The notes under the pieces were generated by a model. That model ran no database searches and had not been told where the DNA came from. It saw only the letters and a program-made list of their open reading frames with translations. From assembly GCF_001194135.2 (NCBI RefSeq), contig NC_068987.1:14070525-14134524 (forward strand): a stretch of 64,000 nt of DNA, given 5' to 3'. This DNA is from Octopus bimaculoides (Eukaryota). This document shows positions 51,896-64,000 of the stretch, in pieces; within the stretch, counting starts at the first letter, position 1, and every line of letters begins with the position of its first letter. Position numbers and translations under genes: made by a program.

Positions 51896-52842
51896 CAAAA
51901 TATTGAGTGAAAAAAAAACTTGGATGGAAAAAATCAAATGCTGTCTGTGGGATTTGAACCCACATCTTCTGTAAACACGACAGACGTTCTACAGTTATGC
52001 ATTCAAGATTAGCATTAACTGCACCTATTCCCATGGGTTTGGAAGGAATGCAAAAGCTATGCTCGCACACTCTTCCTCCAGGCCAAGAAAAAAAAGACAT
52101 CAAAAGTAAATCGTCTGCATCAGTGAAATATCGAATGTGTAAACAGAAAGAACAAGGATGGACGAAGGGAGTTAACTTTTTATTGTAATTGTAGCTTAAA
52201 TTTAGTCCACAGCAGTTGTCTCCCTTATTGAAGAGGAAGTAATGAAAACCAAATAAAAAAATTGATCAAATTCTTTTTAGATTGCTTGTTAACGTTTCTC
52301 TATTTTATTTTATAATTTAGTCAGAGAAGGAGTGGTACACATGATCTAGGGTCTCCCAGAAAGATGAAGCTGGTATAGCTTATGCTCAGGTGAAATATCT
52401 ACAAGGAAAACATGAATGAAAAAGGAAACAGTTCGTGCATTTGTTTAAGGACCTGGGAGTGATATTAAACAGATTAGCATGTTAGGTCTACCATAGATGT
52501 AAGACAGACAAACTTCTTTAACCACAAAGTCACGCTCGCTTATGCTGGAGGAACTTATCGTTATTAAAACACAAACTAAAACTTAAAACACGGCCTTAAG
52601 AAATGCTTAAGAAAAAGGGGGAAAAATGAATTTATGAATAACAGTCTGTCAAGGCCTAATAGGAAGCGGTCTGGCTTCCTAGGGCTAAACAGCAGTAGTA
52701 TATTCCCTTATTGGGACTGTCACCTTAAGTTGGCAGTATACAACTACTTTATCGCATCACTACTGCTTAAGTCTCTCTGAGAGATTTAGAAATTCATTAT
52801 TTCTAAAGTCTGTAACAAATTTGCGTTAAAAATTTTTATTAC

Positions 52843-52900
52843 CTTGCTTTCTGTATCCAGGTAACTGGATGAATACTCCATAATTTGTAACACTGGCAAC
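52843..52900 (-). CDS. ZCCHC17: ZCCHC17 exon 2: VASVTNYGVFIQLPGYRKQ(G)
   Basis: AG/GT bounded, 58 nt. Matches VAMVTDYGAFIKIPGCRKQG of the S1 domain. Confidence 0.93.
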
Positions 52901-55607
52901 CTGTGAAGACAGAAATTGTTAAATAATAATCCTTTCTATTATAGGCACAAGGCCTGAAATTTTGGAGGAGTGGAGGAGAGTTAGTTGATTACATTGACTC
53001 CAGTACTTGACCAGTACTTATTTCATTGACCCTGAAAAGATGGAAGGCAAAATTGACCTCAGTGGAATTTGACAGATGGAATGTTGCTAAGCATTTTGTC
53101 CAGCTTGCTAATGATTCTATGAGCTTAGGGAGGGAGGGAGTCAATTACATCAACTCCTGTGCTCAACTGGTAAACATTTTATTGACTCAAAAAAAGTGAC
53201 TGGTAATGCATTATATTATCATACCTTAAAAGCCAAATGAGGGACCCCCTGCGTAGGCACTTGGTTTGCTAAAAATAGCAACCAAATTTCCTCAGATCAC
53301 ACCCAACTGTCTTAAAAAAAGGGGATACATTTGATAATTTAATTCATGGTACACAATGCCTGAAAAAAAAAATGTACTGGCAAGACGATCCTGATAGGAA
53401 TACCTTTGATTAGAGTTCTGTTTGATCAGCACTGTCCTGGAAGTAAACAATGGTGACTTAGAAGGATCATTGTAGTCCTACATTGAGAAAAATTACAAAT
53501 CCTAAAATTCTAGGAGTATCGTTGTTGTATGCTACCTAGGCCTGATAACTTAACAGGTAATTTTACTAATCTGTGTTTTGTGTTGTTTCTTAGAGAGATA
53601 TTGAATATTTTGTGTAAGTGTGGATAGTAAAGAATGGAGCCGAAAACTTAACTGATGTTGACGGTACTTTGAATAGTGGATATATGTTTTTCTTTTTTTG
53701 TTGTTAAAGCCGTCTTATACCCTATGTGCTAAGTCCCTGAGTAGTGCAGTATTTCGGTAGTACAGCTAGTGGGGACACTTTTGGGTCTGCTGCATAAGCC
53801 TACATAGAAAAAGGGGTTTGCAAATTCAAGGGTTGCCCTGGGCCGCACACACAGCCACAGCAGTATTTTAATGTACTGGTTTTTGGTGAACAGAATGTGC
53901 AGATTAATAACATCAAGGATGAGTTTTCTAAAACAATTTAAGACGTTCGAAAAATCCTATACAAAATTGTTTGATCTGCTGGACTTTGCCGTCAAATCTA
54001 CTTCAGTTTTCACCCTAATGTCTTAAAACCGTACATAAGGAAATATGGATAAAATAAGCCTTAATATACTAGAAAACAAGAGATGATTACCACGGCTGGA
54101 ATGACGATCAAATGGTGAAAATTCGACGCGCATTAACGATAAAATAAGTGTTTGTTCTTGTTTTTGTCTAACCCCAGGTCAACCCCGACCGATTATACCT
54201 GTGAGCAAAGACATTCCAGTGGTGACTAACAAATCTTTTTTTTCTCCCACGTACAGGATCCCAGGACCAGGGCCATTTTGGTAGTATTATAGGCTCTGAA
54301 TAAATCAACGCATTGGACCCTGTAGTATTTATTTACAAACAACAAGCCACAGTATACATTGATCAGAATTGAGCTGCTGGACTTGTAAGGGCCCCTGGCA
54401 ACTGTCCAGTGTACCCAGGCCTTAAGACAGTACTGCCATAGTATTCAATGCGTTCTTTTTAAAATGTGATTTGAGATTGATTTAATAGTTATTTCTAGTA
54501 GGTGGAACGACCAAATAGGGGCTTCTGTGTTGGTTGGAAATAGGTACTAGTCATATAGCTGCGTAGACTTAATCGATTTTACGTTTAGAAATAAAGATTC
54601 CTGGTTCAAAATCAAGCTTCCCCCCCCCCCAAATATATATATATTCTGGCATGAGATTATCTAATGATCGTGTACCAAATTAAATCAAAACACGGTATAA
54701 ATGTAAATACACACTTAGAAGATGAGGCTAATACAGCAGGAAAATTATCGTCGTAACAGCAATAACAGACATTTAATATTGTCATCTAACATGTATCCAT
54801 ATAAGGAGGGAATGGCACTTGGCCACAATTTTGGGGAAGGTGGAGGGTGGAATAGATTACGTTGATTACATAGACCTAATTGATCATTGGTACGTATTGT
54901 ATCGATCCTGGAATAATAAAAGGCTAAAATGACATTGGTGGTATTTGAACTCAAAGCATAAAGAGCTTTTTTAAAAAAGTATTCGTAATAATTACAGTAT
55001 GCATTGCTCGTATTTATAAATAGGTACGGCATGTTCGTTAAATGTCATTATATATAATATATTATGTATACAAATGTCATCAGTGTATGTATAGGTGAAT
55101 GCAGTTAGTGATAAGCTGTATTAAAACCCAAAATGTTGCTAGACAAAAATCAAAACATCTAGAACGGCTAAATAAATCGTGTTACGCAGAGAAATGAATT
55201 TATCGTCATCCCTTCAACAGAATTTAGATAACTTTGTTTTTTTAGCATAAAGAAACGTGATTAAATAACGCATTAACTCAGATAGGTTGCAAACGTAATC
55301 AAAATTCTATACCAGAGAACAAAGATGGGGTGACAATAATTTTTAATAAGGATCTTATGTTTAATAAGAGAGGCAGGAATAATATTGTGCGGAGATATGA
55401 CACTAACGACATAAGTGAAGTTAGGTGGCAACAATTGAGAATCGAAACCGAGTCGCAGCCTAGGTTGACCTATAAACTTCAACAGTCATTTTGTTGTTAT
55501 GTCTAGTGTGCACGCCAATAAAGAGTACTTTATAAATACAGGAAGCCCCCGCTTTGACATATATTCGATTACATGTAATTAGAAAAAGATAAATAACTGT
55601 TTTATAC

Positions 55608-55718
55608 TTCTCCGCGGAATATTGTATTTATTTTCGGTGGCTCTTCATCGTCTCTTCTGTAACGTTTTGATGATGAAGCTTCAGCAGAATCACGGTCGAA
55701 ACTTCTGCGTTTCGACAT
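55608..55718 (-). CDS. ZCCHC17: ZCCHC17 (pNO40) coding exon 1: MSKRRSFDRDSAEASSSKRYRRDDEEPPKINTIFRGE
   Basis: TIFRGE matches vertebrate TIFQGE at the start of the S1 domain. GT donor at 55607, phase 0. Confidence 0.85.
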
Positions 55719-56294
55719 GACTTTCAGGTTGTAAATGGATAAACAAACCAACGTGACAAATCAACGAATTCTTACCAGAAGCAGGTTAAAACTTGTTTTA
55801 AACTAAGAAGAACGAATTAAGGGGCATTAACTCTTTATTGACTAAGTGTAAAATCTCAATTTAAGGAAAATGATGACCTTCGTCTGCAATAACGGTAATA
55901 TCGGGTGTTAGTAATGTCGGTTACTAAAATAATAAAATAAATGCGCCCTTTTAAAGCCTAGCCAGGCTCATGGGCCCGGTTTCCATGGCGTATGTGTTCC
56001 CCAGCTGGACGGGACGCCAGTCCACTATGAGGAGAAAAAAAAAAAAACTGGGCGAACTTTCGAATTAAATGCGAATTACAAGTATTTCAGAATGTGAAAT
56101 ACAATAAAATTATGATAAATAATGAAACAGAACAAACACAAAATCATTTTAGTGGTGGCTGTTGTTCTGTCGGCACGAAGCTAGGGGAAAACATTTGAAA
56201 AACATAAATTTAAAACAAAAAATCTGAACGTATCCCCCACCCAAAAAAAAACAACAATTTGAAATGTGGGATAACATAAGATGCACTAAAGAGA

Positions 56295-56843
56295 TCTAGT
56301 ACAGAAAGATATGACAAGGTGACGCCATAGTAGGACGGTGAGAGCGGGGTTGATCTGCTAAGAGAAGTAAAGTTGAGCTAGGAGGAAAGAATGAATAGGT
56401 AGAAGGGGAAGGTTATACTTGGGAGAGGTATGTTGCGGTTTATCGATGGGGGAACATCAAGGACTAAGTGTGAAAGATGGTAGAGTAGAGCGATGGAGAG
56501 AAAACCGGGGAGAACTGAGAAAATTGGGAAATTGAAGAATGAAGAAAGAAAAACGAGAACAAAAAATTTAATATAAAATTTTTTATATGAACAGTGAACA
56601 GTGAGGAGGTCTTTAGAAATTTTCATTTGAGAAAATCGAGAAAGTTTTTTTGTTTGTTTGTTTTCGAATTTTCAAAGTTCAAAGGTTTCAGAAGCTTCAA
56701 AAGTTTAGAAAAAGTTTAAAAGGTCTAGCGGTAGAGAGAGAGAGAGNNNNNNNNNNGAGAGAACCTACTGTTGGCGTGTGACCTGTGTGTAGCCTCTCAC
56801 CATCCTACTACGACGTCACCCTGTCACATCTCTCTGTACTAGA
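56295..56843. repeat. About 50-bp inverted repeats enclosing a purine-rich spacer (MITE-like)
   Basis: 56295-56345 is the diverged reverse complement of 56794-56843. Confidence 0.65.
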
Positions 56844-56867
56844 CTACGAATGTTGCCTGAGATACAC

Positions 56868-57040
56868 CAGAATCGTTAGCATGACGGGCGAAATGCTTTG
56901 CGGTATTTCGTCTGTCTTTACGTTCTGAGTTCAAATTCCGCCGAGGTCGACAAATTAAGTATCGGTGAAACACTGAAGTCGATGTAATCGACTTAACCCC
57001 TCCTCCAAAATTTCAGGCCTTGTACTTATAGTAGAAAGGA
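56868..57040 (+). mobile_element. SINE family B copy
   Basis: Same head and core. Confidence 0.8.
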
Positions 57041-57510
57041 ATATTTTGCAATAAAGAGAGTAAATTTCTCCGAAGGCGTATGTTTTAAGCACCTTCCTAC
57101 CCACACTTTTTCTACAGTAGAAGCAGGTGTGTTGACCAAAGTTACTAACACCTTAAACTTACCAGTAGAAAATTTGGACATCTTGGTATTAATGCACTGC
57201 CGGAATGAAATTTAGGAAAAACATGATATACATGATGAACCATAGTTTCTGGGAATGTTAAAAATGATTTCTAATTTAGACAAATGCGGTGGTGACTCTT
57301 GAATAAAATTAGTTGGGTTGCTGCTTCAGAAAATTTTCAGCTGTTGTTTTAATATTGTGTAAAAGGAAACAAACATATAAAAAGAATATTTATACATAAG
57401 CTTGATCGGTTCGCGTTTTAGCCACCGCCGAGTAGTGTGTTTAATTTGTTCACTGAACACCGCCGCGAATTCCCCCTTGTTTTTCAGAAATCCCACCTAA
57501 ATCACAAAAT

Positions 57511-57752
57511 AGCGGTTGTCAAGAGATGTTGGGGGTACAAACACAGACACACAAACATATACACACACATACATATCTATACATATATACGACGGGCTTC
57601 TTTCAGTTTCCGTCTACCAAATCCACTCACAAGGCTTTGGTCAACCCGAGGCTATAGTAGAAGACACTTAGCCAAGGTGCCACGCAGTGGGACTGAACCC
57701 GGAACCATGTGGTTCGTAAGCAAGCTACTTGCCACACAGCCATTCCTACGCC
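57511..57752 (-). mobile_element. SINE family A, partial
   Basis: Head plus core, located in the ZCCHC17/RAD51AP1 intergenic region. Confidence 0.85.
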
Positions 57753-58436
57753 TATGTATATGAATAAAAATCTGAAATTAAGGAATGGAGNNNNNNNNNN
57801 NNNNNNNNNNNNNNNNNNNNNNNNNNNNNNNNNNNNNNNNNNNNNNNNNNNNNNNNNNNNNNNNNNNNNNNNNNNNNNNNNNNNNNNNNNNNNNNNNNNN
57901 NNNNNNNNNNNNNNNNNNNNNNNNNNNNNNNNNNNNNNNNNNNNNNNNNNNNNNNNNNNNNNNNNNNNNNNNNNNNNNNNNNNNNNNNNNNNNNNNNNNN
58001 NNNNNNNNNNNNNNNNNNNNNNNNNNNNNNNNNNNNNNNNNNNNNNNNNNNNNNNNNNNNNNNNNNNNNNNNNNNNNNNNNNNNNNNNNNNNNNNNNNNN
58101 NNNNNNNNNNNNNNNNNNNNNNNNNNNNNNNNNNNNNNNNNNNNNNNNNNNNNNNNNNNNNNNNNNNNNNNNNNNNNNNNNNNNNNNNNNNNNNNNNNNN
58201 NNNNNNNNNNNNNNNNNNNNNNNNNNNNNNNNNNNNNNNNNNNNNNNNNNNNNNNNNNNNNNNNNNNNNNNNNNNNNNNNNNNNNNNNNNNNNNNNNNNN
58301 NNNNNNNNNNNNNNNNNNNNNNNNNNNNNNNNNNNNNNNNNNNNNNNNNNNNNNNNNNNNNNNNNNNNNNNNNNNNNNNNNNNNNNNNNNNNNNNNNNNN
58401 NNNNNNNNNNNNNNNATATATATATATATATATATA

Positions 58437-58604
58437 CAGTGGCGGAAAGAAAGCATTAATTATTTCACCCTGGCTGTGTTCGTACAGTTGAAAAGAATAC
58501 TTTTAACAAAAAAAAAAAAAATTAAATTAAAAAAATTAATGATAGCATTGTAGTTGCGGGTGGGTCCCCTGACAACCAACATTTTTCGATCCACTCCGCC
58601 ACTG
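58437..58604. mobile_element. Short MITE with TIR CAGTGGCGGA
   Basis: cagtggcgga...tccgccactg, about 360 bp upstream of the putative RAD51AP1 ATG. Confidence 0.7.
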
Positions 58605-58961
58605 TATACGTGTACACACACACACATACATTCGTCTGCTCTCAGTAAAACTATAGACAGTATGTACAAAGTTAGGCATAAGTAAGAGTTAGTATCGTGT
58701 ATTCGAAGTGCGCATACCAATAACTCCATTGATATTAGAATAAATGTGGGGGAAGAAGGAGCATATATAAAATGGTAACGGAAGTAATTAAAATATAAAA
58801 TTCTGTGAATGAATTCGAAAATAATTTAGTGAAACATATTAGCTCTGTTTATCAAAGAGGAAATGGAGGGAAAACTTAATGTTTTGATTTTGAGGGAAAC
58901 ATCCGGACGATTGTAAAGATATATTTTTATGAATTTTACCCACCTTTATGTATTTTAAAAT

Positions 58962-58984
58962 ATGTTAGAGAAGCGATCGAGTCG
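58962..58984 (+). CDS. RAD51AP1: RAD51AP1-like putative exon 1: MLEKRSS(R)
   Basis: ATG...CG|GTAAGC, a phase-2 donor inside an Arg codon, analogous to the short vertebrate first exon (MVRPVR). It could instead be an internal mini-exon using the TTAG at 58965-58968. Confidence 0.55.
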
Positions 58985-59852
58985 GTAAGCAACATTAAGG
59001 ATTAATTTTAGTCGAAATTAAAGAAGCGTGATGTTGTTCTCACACAAATTTTGGGATCTTATAAAAATGACTATATTTTGTTTGTCCGCTATGTATATAG
59101 TTTAGCATGTGTGTGCGTAGTTTGTTTTAATTTGTTTGGTTATAATTATCTTTTAAAGTAACATATTCCCTTTTTATTTTATAATTAAGAAGAATATTGT
59201 TAATTATCTCTTATCAACAATTCCTCAAATGTAGCATTGGAAATTTAATATTATATATATAGTTTTCAAACAGGCCAAAACGAATATATAAACCTAACAT
59301 ATATATATATATACTGTTTTCATTTTTTGTGTTTTAATATAGTTTGCCTTTTTTGTTGTTGCCTTATTTTATAACAAAAATGAAGTGAAGATGAGATGTT
59401 AATGATTTGATAAATAATTAACCAAAATATTCGAACTTAGAGATGGATGTTTATATGCAGTAGTATCTGCTTTGATAGTTTCCAATGTCCTCGGCACTTG
59501 CCAGGAGTCATTAAACAAATATCGTAGTATGACAGAAACGACTGTGCGCTGAATTAAATCATTTAATATCTGTTATAACAAGAGTTCAAATCCAGTTGAG
59601 ATCGATTTTTGTTTTACGTTCCTGCCAAGGATTTGGTTAAAGCTGTTGCCGTGTGACAGGGTAACAAATGAATATATAACAGATACCTTTTCCTCTCCAA
59701 ATAATTAGCCTTGTACTTATTTTTCGTACGATACTTCGATATTATTATACGACGTCATTCACTTTCAAAACCTTCCCTTATGACATAGATAAAGAGGCAA
59801 GGCTTGAAATACAGGCTGAATAAAATCGTCTCCTCATATCGACACTCTAGAC

Positions 59853-60116
59853 TTGGGGTTCTCAACCATTTTTTATCTATAGACCCCTTTGATTACTATT
59901 TTATTCTAGTAGACCCCCAAAATTTACTCGATGTCTAAAAACTAGTGTAGGTTTAACTATGTAAAACATTAGAGAAAGAACCCGAGTTGTTTTTTTGCAA
60001 TACATACACCTAAAGCAACATTTTTTCAGGGGCCCTTAAAATACTATTGTGGAGCCCTAATTATTTTTCTTGCCTGGATCCTCAAGGGCCATATGGATCC
60101 CAGTTGAGAACCACTG
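59853..60116. mobile_element. hAT (Charlie/Buster-type) MITE with 8-bp TSD CTCTAGAC
   Basis: TIR (ttg)gggttctcaac / gttgagaaccactg. CTCTAGAC at 59845-59852 and 60117-60124, the NTCTAGAN target typical of Charlie/Buster elements. A related copy is at about 11390-11735. Confidence 0.85.
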
Positions 60117-60589
60117 CTCTAGACCAATACCGAAGGAATGCCATTTTTCTTACTCGCTGGGTCCGAATGAAGTGGAAGTACTTCATGCCCTGGACAGACC
60201 CCTCCAGACCTGCGAGGGAATCCTGAGGGCTAACGTTCTTGTTGGAAAGGGTTGGATGCAATTAGTGCTGGGCTGATGGGTTTAGACATGTAGTTCAAAC
60301 TTTACTAAATGTCTATCACTTGTTAGCTCCATTCAAAAATGCCTTAATTGGTTAATTTATAAAGATCAGCAAGTGAAAGAAACAGTGCATACGTGGATCA
60401 TCTTTCAAGTGAAAATATTTTTTCTAAGGGCATAAAGAAGATTGTACAAAAGGGCCTATGTCAAGATATTATTTATTCATACCTTCAAAATCCTTTAGGT
60501 TGTAATAGATCAATGCAGAAGTTCCCAGATTTGAATGCTAACAAACAAACAGTGGAGGAGCTGTGGTTAACATAAAAAGATACTGGATG

Positions 60590-61340
60590 AATATTGCAGT
60601 AAATTGCCTTTTAACGATGTATTTACATTAAATATGATACACATATGGCTATTTTAACTTAATATTGCTTTGTTTATATTGATTTTTATTCAGCTGGGTG
60701 GTTACTTGCAATACCAATAAATGTTTTGTTCCATTTCTTATGTATTGGGCATGATAAATCTTGTTTAAGCATATAGCTGGCTTGAGTACGTGCTATTGAC
60801 AAGGCCCAGTGAGACCAAAAAGCATCTGGCATTCTCATTAGCTGTTGCTGGGCTGATTTTCAATTCCTTCTGATATATATATATTGCGTTTCTAAACACA
60901 GCAAATCCATAAAAAATGTTATCTTGGGATGACCCTGCAGTAAATTTGCCTTTCAATAATGTATTTACATTACATACATTTTACATAGATGGTTGATTAA
61001 ATTCAATATTGCTTCTGTTTTGCATGCATTTGATATTTATTGAACCAGAAGAATACTTGCAGTACCAGTGAATGTTTTATTCTTTATTTCTTATATATCA
61101 GAGGAGATGAATCTTGTCTAAGCATATGGCTAGCTTGAGTATAAGCTATTGGCAAGGCTCTAAGAGACTGAAATACATCTGGCATTCTAACTAGCTGCTG
61201 CTGGGCTGATTTTTGTGTGTTTCTAAATACAGTACATTCATAAGAAATATTATCATTGGATGAATACAGCAGTAAATTGTCTTTCAGTTATAATTGCATT
61301 AAATATGATACATAGATGGCTATCTATATTTAATACTACT
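60590..61340 (+). repeat. Diverged tandem duplication, period about 350 bp, roughly 2.2 copies, in RAD51AP1 intron 1
   Basis: The anchor atcttgtYtaagcatat is at 60758 and 61111. The gcagtaaatt start motif occurs three times. Confidence 0.85.
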
Positions 61341-61652
61341 TCTATTACATATAAAGGATATATATATAGTGATAATAATAATAATAATAATCCATGAATG
61401 GATTTTAATGCATCGCTACACCTTTTCCACAAATCACATGTTTCTTAAGATCATAGTCCATATTCCTATTATATTGGCACAGCTCGGTGTAACCCCAAAA
61501 AGCTAGTATTGCCAGTTGGTATCATTAGGCTGTAGCTGGCATAATAAAATAGGAGCTCTTATATGCATATTCGAAACGTTTCCTATAAACGAACTTAAAG
61601 GATATATATATATATTTATATATATATGGTATTTTTTTTTTGTTTTTTAAAG

Positions 61653-61702
61653 GAAGAATATTAGTTATGCATCAGCATTTGGAAATGAAGATAGTGGTGA
61701 TG
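61653..61702 (+). CDS. RAD51AP1: RAD51AP1-like exon 2: KNISYASAFGNEDSGD
   Basis: Polypyrimidine-AG/GTAAGC bounded, 50 nt, phases 2 and 1. Equivalent to the K.VNYSQF..SDSD motif. Confidence 0.75.
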
Positions 61703-62559
61703 GTAAGCTTGACATTATGCCTTTATATTTGACCCTACCACACATTTTTGTTTTTGTGTGTTTCTAGCATTAATATAGTGTTATGTTGTCTTTGTGCTCC
61801 TGTAGAATATTTTTGTTTTCTAACTGCCTTATTGGTTAAACATAAACGTCTACAAGGATTAAAGTACTAGACAAGATAATGAACTATGTGGTGATGATTT
61901 CAAAATTATTTTTTAAAGCCATTCTGTTGTGCCTCAGAGAATGCGATATATGTTTGTCTGCCTTCTGTGTTCTTGGAGGAAATGCATTACTAACACTTTC
62001 ACTAAATAATTGAATGATTGATGATAGAATAAGCATTCAGACCATCATTATCATTATCCTTTAACATCTGTCTTCCATGCTGGCATGGTTGGGTTGAATG
62101 GTTCACCAAGTCCAAGGATTGTGTTGTGTTCAACTGCCTGCTTTGGCTTGATGTCTATTGCAGGATGTCCTTTCTAACACCAACCACTTAGCAGTGTCTG
62201 CTGACTGTGTTTCTTTTTTTCTTTTTGTGGCACTAACTGAAGCAAGGGCAGTGGCTTTACGCTGGGTATTCAAAAATCTGCAAGGTACAGAAACAGGTTC
62301 CTTGTTGTATAGAAGAGACATGACTACCCTGCATTATGATAATAACAGATTGCTCTTGTATTAATACATCTAAATTTTGCTTTTCAGGGTGGATGAAATA
62401 AGTACCAGTTGTGCACTGGGGTCAGTGTAATTGACTTGTTCCTTCCCCCAAAATTTCAGGCCTTGTATCTATAGGTGAAAGGATTATTATTATTATTTTT
62501 ACTTTTGTAATAAAATGGGTTGAATTAATTTTATGTTTTAATACAATTTTATTTTTCAG

Positions 62560-62680
62560 AAGACTTTAGACAGAGCAAGGTTCCTCCTTCTAAAAGATCT
62601 AAACCTAGTGCTGAAGAGAAATCTAAAAAATCTAATTCACAATCCAGTTCTTGTGGAGAAGGAAAATCTAAACAAAAGAG
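62560..62680 (+). CDS. RAD51AP1: RAD51AP1-like exon 3: EDFRQSKVPPSKRSK...KSKQKR
   Basis: TTTTTCAG/GT bounded, 121 nt, phase-compatible. Resembles DDF....VP..KKSR. Confidence 0.8.
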
Positions 62681-62708
62681 GTTTGTATTGATTTCTCATT
62701 GATATTAA

Positions 62709-63070
62709 TCATCATCATCGTTTAACGTCTGCTTTCCATGCTAGCATGGGTTGGACGATTTGACTGAGGACTGGTGAACCAGATGGCTACACCAGCCTCC
62801 AATCTGATTTGGCAGAGTTTCTACAGCTGGATGCCCTTCCTAACGCCAACCACTCCGAGAGTGTAGTGGGTGCTTTTACGTGCCACCGGCACGAGGGCCA
62901 GTCAGGAGGTACTGGCAACGGCCACGCTCAAAATGGTGTATTTTACGTGCCACCTGCACAGGAGCCAGTCCAGCGGCACTTGCAACGATCTCGCTTGAAT
63001 GTCTTTACACGTGCCACCGGCACAAGTGCCAGGAAGGCGACGCTGGGCACAGGTGCCATCATGATTTCGC
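62709..63070 (-). mobile_element. RTE 3'UTR repeat copy in RAD51AP1 intron 3
   Basis: Same family as 47585-48040. The ORF-track translations (MAEFLQLDALPNANHSESVV) are nearly identical. Confidence 0.85.
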
Positions 63071-63234
63071 TTAAATATTAATAATATTGTAAAAAGTTGA
63101 TAGATATATAGACATGGTAGAGTTGGACCAAATGCCTTGCTATATTTGTTCTGATTCTTTACATTCTAAGTTCAAACCCCACCAAGGTCACATTTGCTTT
63201 TCATCCTTCTGGGGTTGATAAAAACATAGTCTTT

Positions 63235-63575
63235 AACATGTGGTTTCAGGTTTGATCCCACTGCGTGGCACCTTGGGCAAGTATCTTCTACTATAGCCCC
63301 TGGTCTGCCAATGTCGTGTGAATGAATTTGGTAGATGGAAACTGAAAGAAGCTCATCATATATGTGTGTGTGTTTGTGTATGTATGTGTGTGTCTTTGTG
63401 TTTGTCCACCCCCACCCACTGCTTGACGACTGATGCTGGTTTGTTGGCATCTCTATAACTTCGTGATTCAACAAAAGAGATCAATAGAGTAAGTACCAGA
63501 CTCTAAAAAAAAAATAAGTACTTGTTCATCTTAATCCTTCAGGGTGTTGCTCCAGCCTGGACACAGTCCAATGCG
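63235..63575 (+). mobile_element. SINE family A, degenerate
   Basis: Partial head, core and tail. Confidence 0.75.
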
Positions 63576-63634
63576 ATAAATGGTAACTCTTCAATTATAT
63601 GAAGTTTTTTTTTTTTTTATGTCATAAATCTTAG

Positions 63635-63924
63635 GAAGAAATTGGATGACAAACTGTTTGAACGAGAACTTAAGTTGGCAATGGAGATGTCTATGCAGGA
63701 AATTGGCACCGGCTTGAAAGAAGAACCTGAGAACAAGGATGCTAGCGATTTTCAAGACACCTCACTGAAGAATTCTGCAGCAGAGCGAGTTGAGTCTTTG
63801 AAATTATCTCGACATGACATTCATTCACCACCAAAATCTCCTTCCCACATGGCCCCTCCATTATTGCACAAAGAAATTGAGGAATGCATCCCCAAGAATT
63901 CTGTTAAACAATCTGCCATGCCTT
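63635..63924 (+). CDS. RAD51AP1: RAD51AP1-like exon 4: KKLDDKLFERELKLAMEMSMQE...; gene continues beyond the window
   Basis: TTAG/GTAAGT bounded. LDDKLFERELKLAMEMS matches the conserved LDDKLYQRDLEVALALS motif of RAD51AP1. Confidence 0.85.
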
Positions 63925-63966
63925 GTAAGTATAATTCTATTTAACACTTTATATATATATATATAC

Positions 63967-64000
<34 letters not shown>

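Noticed and set aside
1-64000. CRISPR arrays, operons or other prokaryotic/viral defence systems
   Set aside because: No regularly spaced repeat-spacer arrays or prokaryote-like gene clusters; all genes are spliceosomal-intron eukaryotic genes.

Overview
AT-rich, microsatellite- and SINE-dense eukaryotic genomic DNA with about 16 N gaps. The SINE/RTE repertoire and intron-rich genes look like Octopus, an inference from repeat families and composition. Four protein-coding loci are supported. (1) The first coding exon (RRM1+RRM2) of an RBM46/RBM47/A1CF-family gene on the minus strand (7537-8268); its remaining exons were not found. (2) An apparently single-exon 213-aa orphan ORF on the plus strand (26601-27242). 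(3) A complete 8-exon ZCCHC17 (pNO40; S1 + CCHC knuckle + Lys-rich tail, 252 aa) on the minus strand (41607-55718). (4) The first four exons of a RAD51AP1-like gene on the plus strand (58962-63924, continuing off the window), head-to-head with ZCCHC17. The rest is transposon-derived: several tRNA-derived SINE families, RTE and CR1 LINE 3' ends, two mariner fossils, two degenerate hAT-type transposases, and hAT-, piggyBac- and possibly Merlin-type MITEs. There are no prokaryotic features or CRISPR arrays. The best leads are the orphan ORF with an in-frame continuation and splice donor after its stop, a TIR element with a (CCCTAA)n(TTAGGG)n palindrome at its centre, a perfect pre-miRNA-sized hairpin just downstream of ZCCHC17, a duplicated intronic hairpin with compensatory changes in RAD51AP1, and inverted repeat pairs bracketing ZCCHC17 exons. 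No clearly novel multi-gene system can be established from sequence alone.
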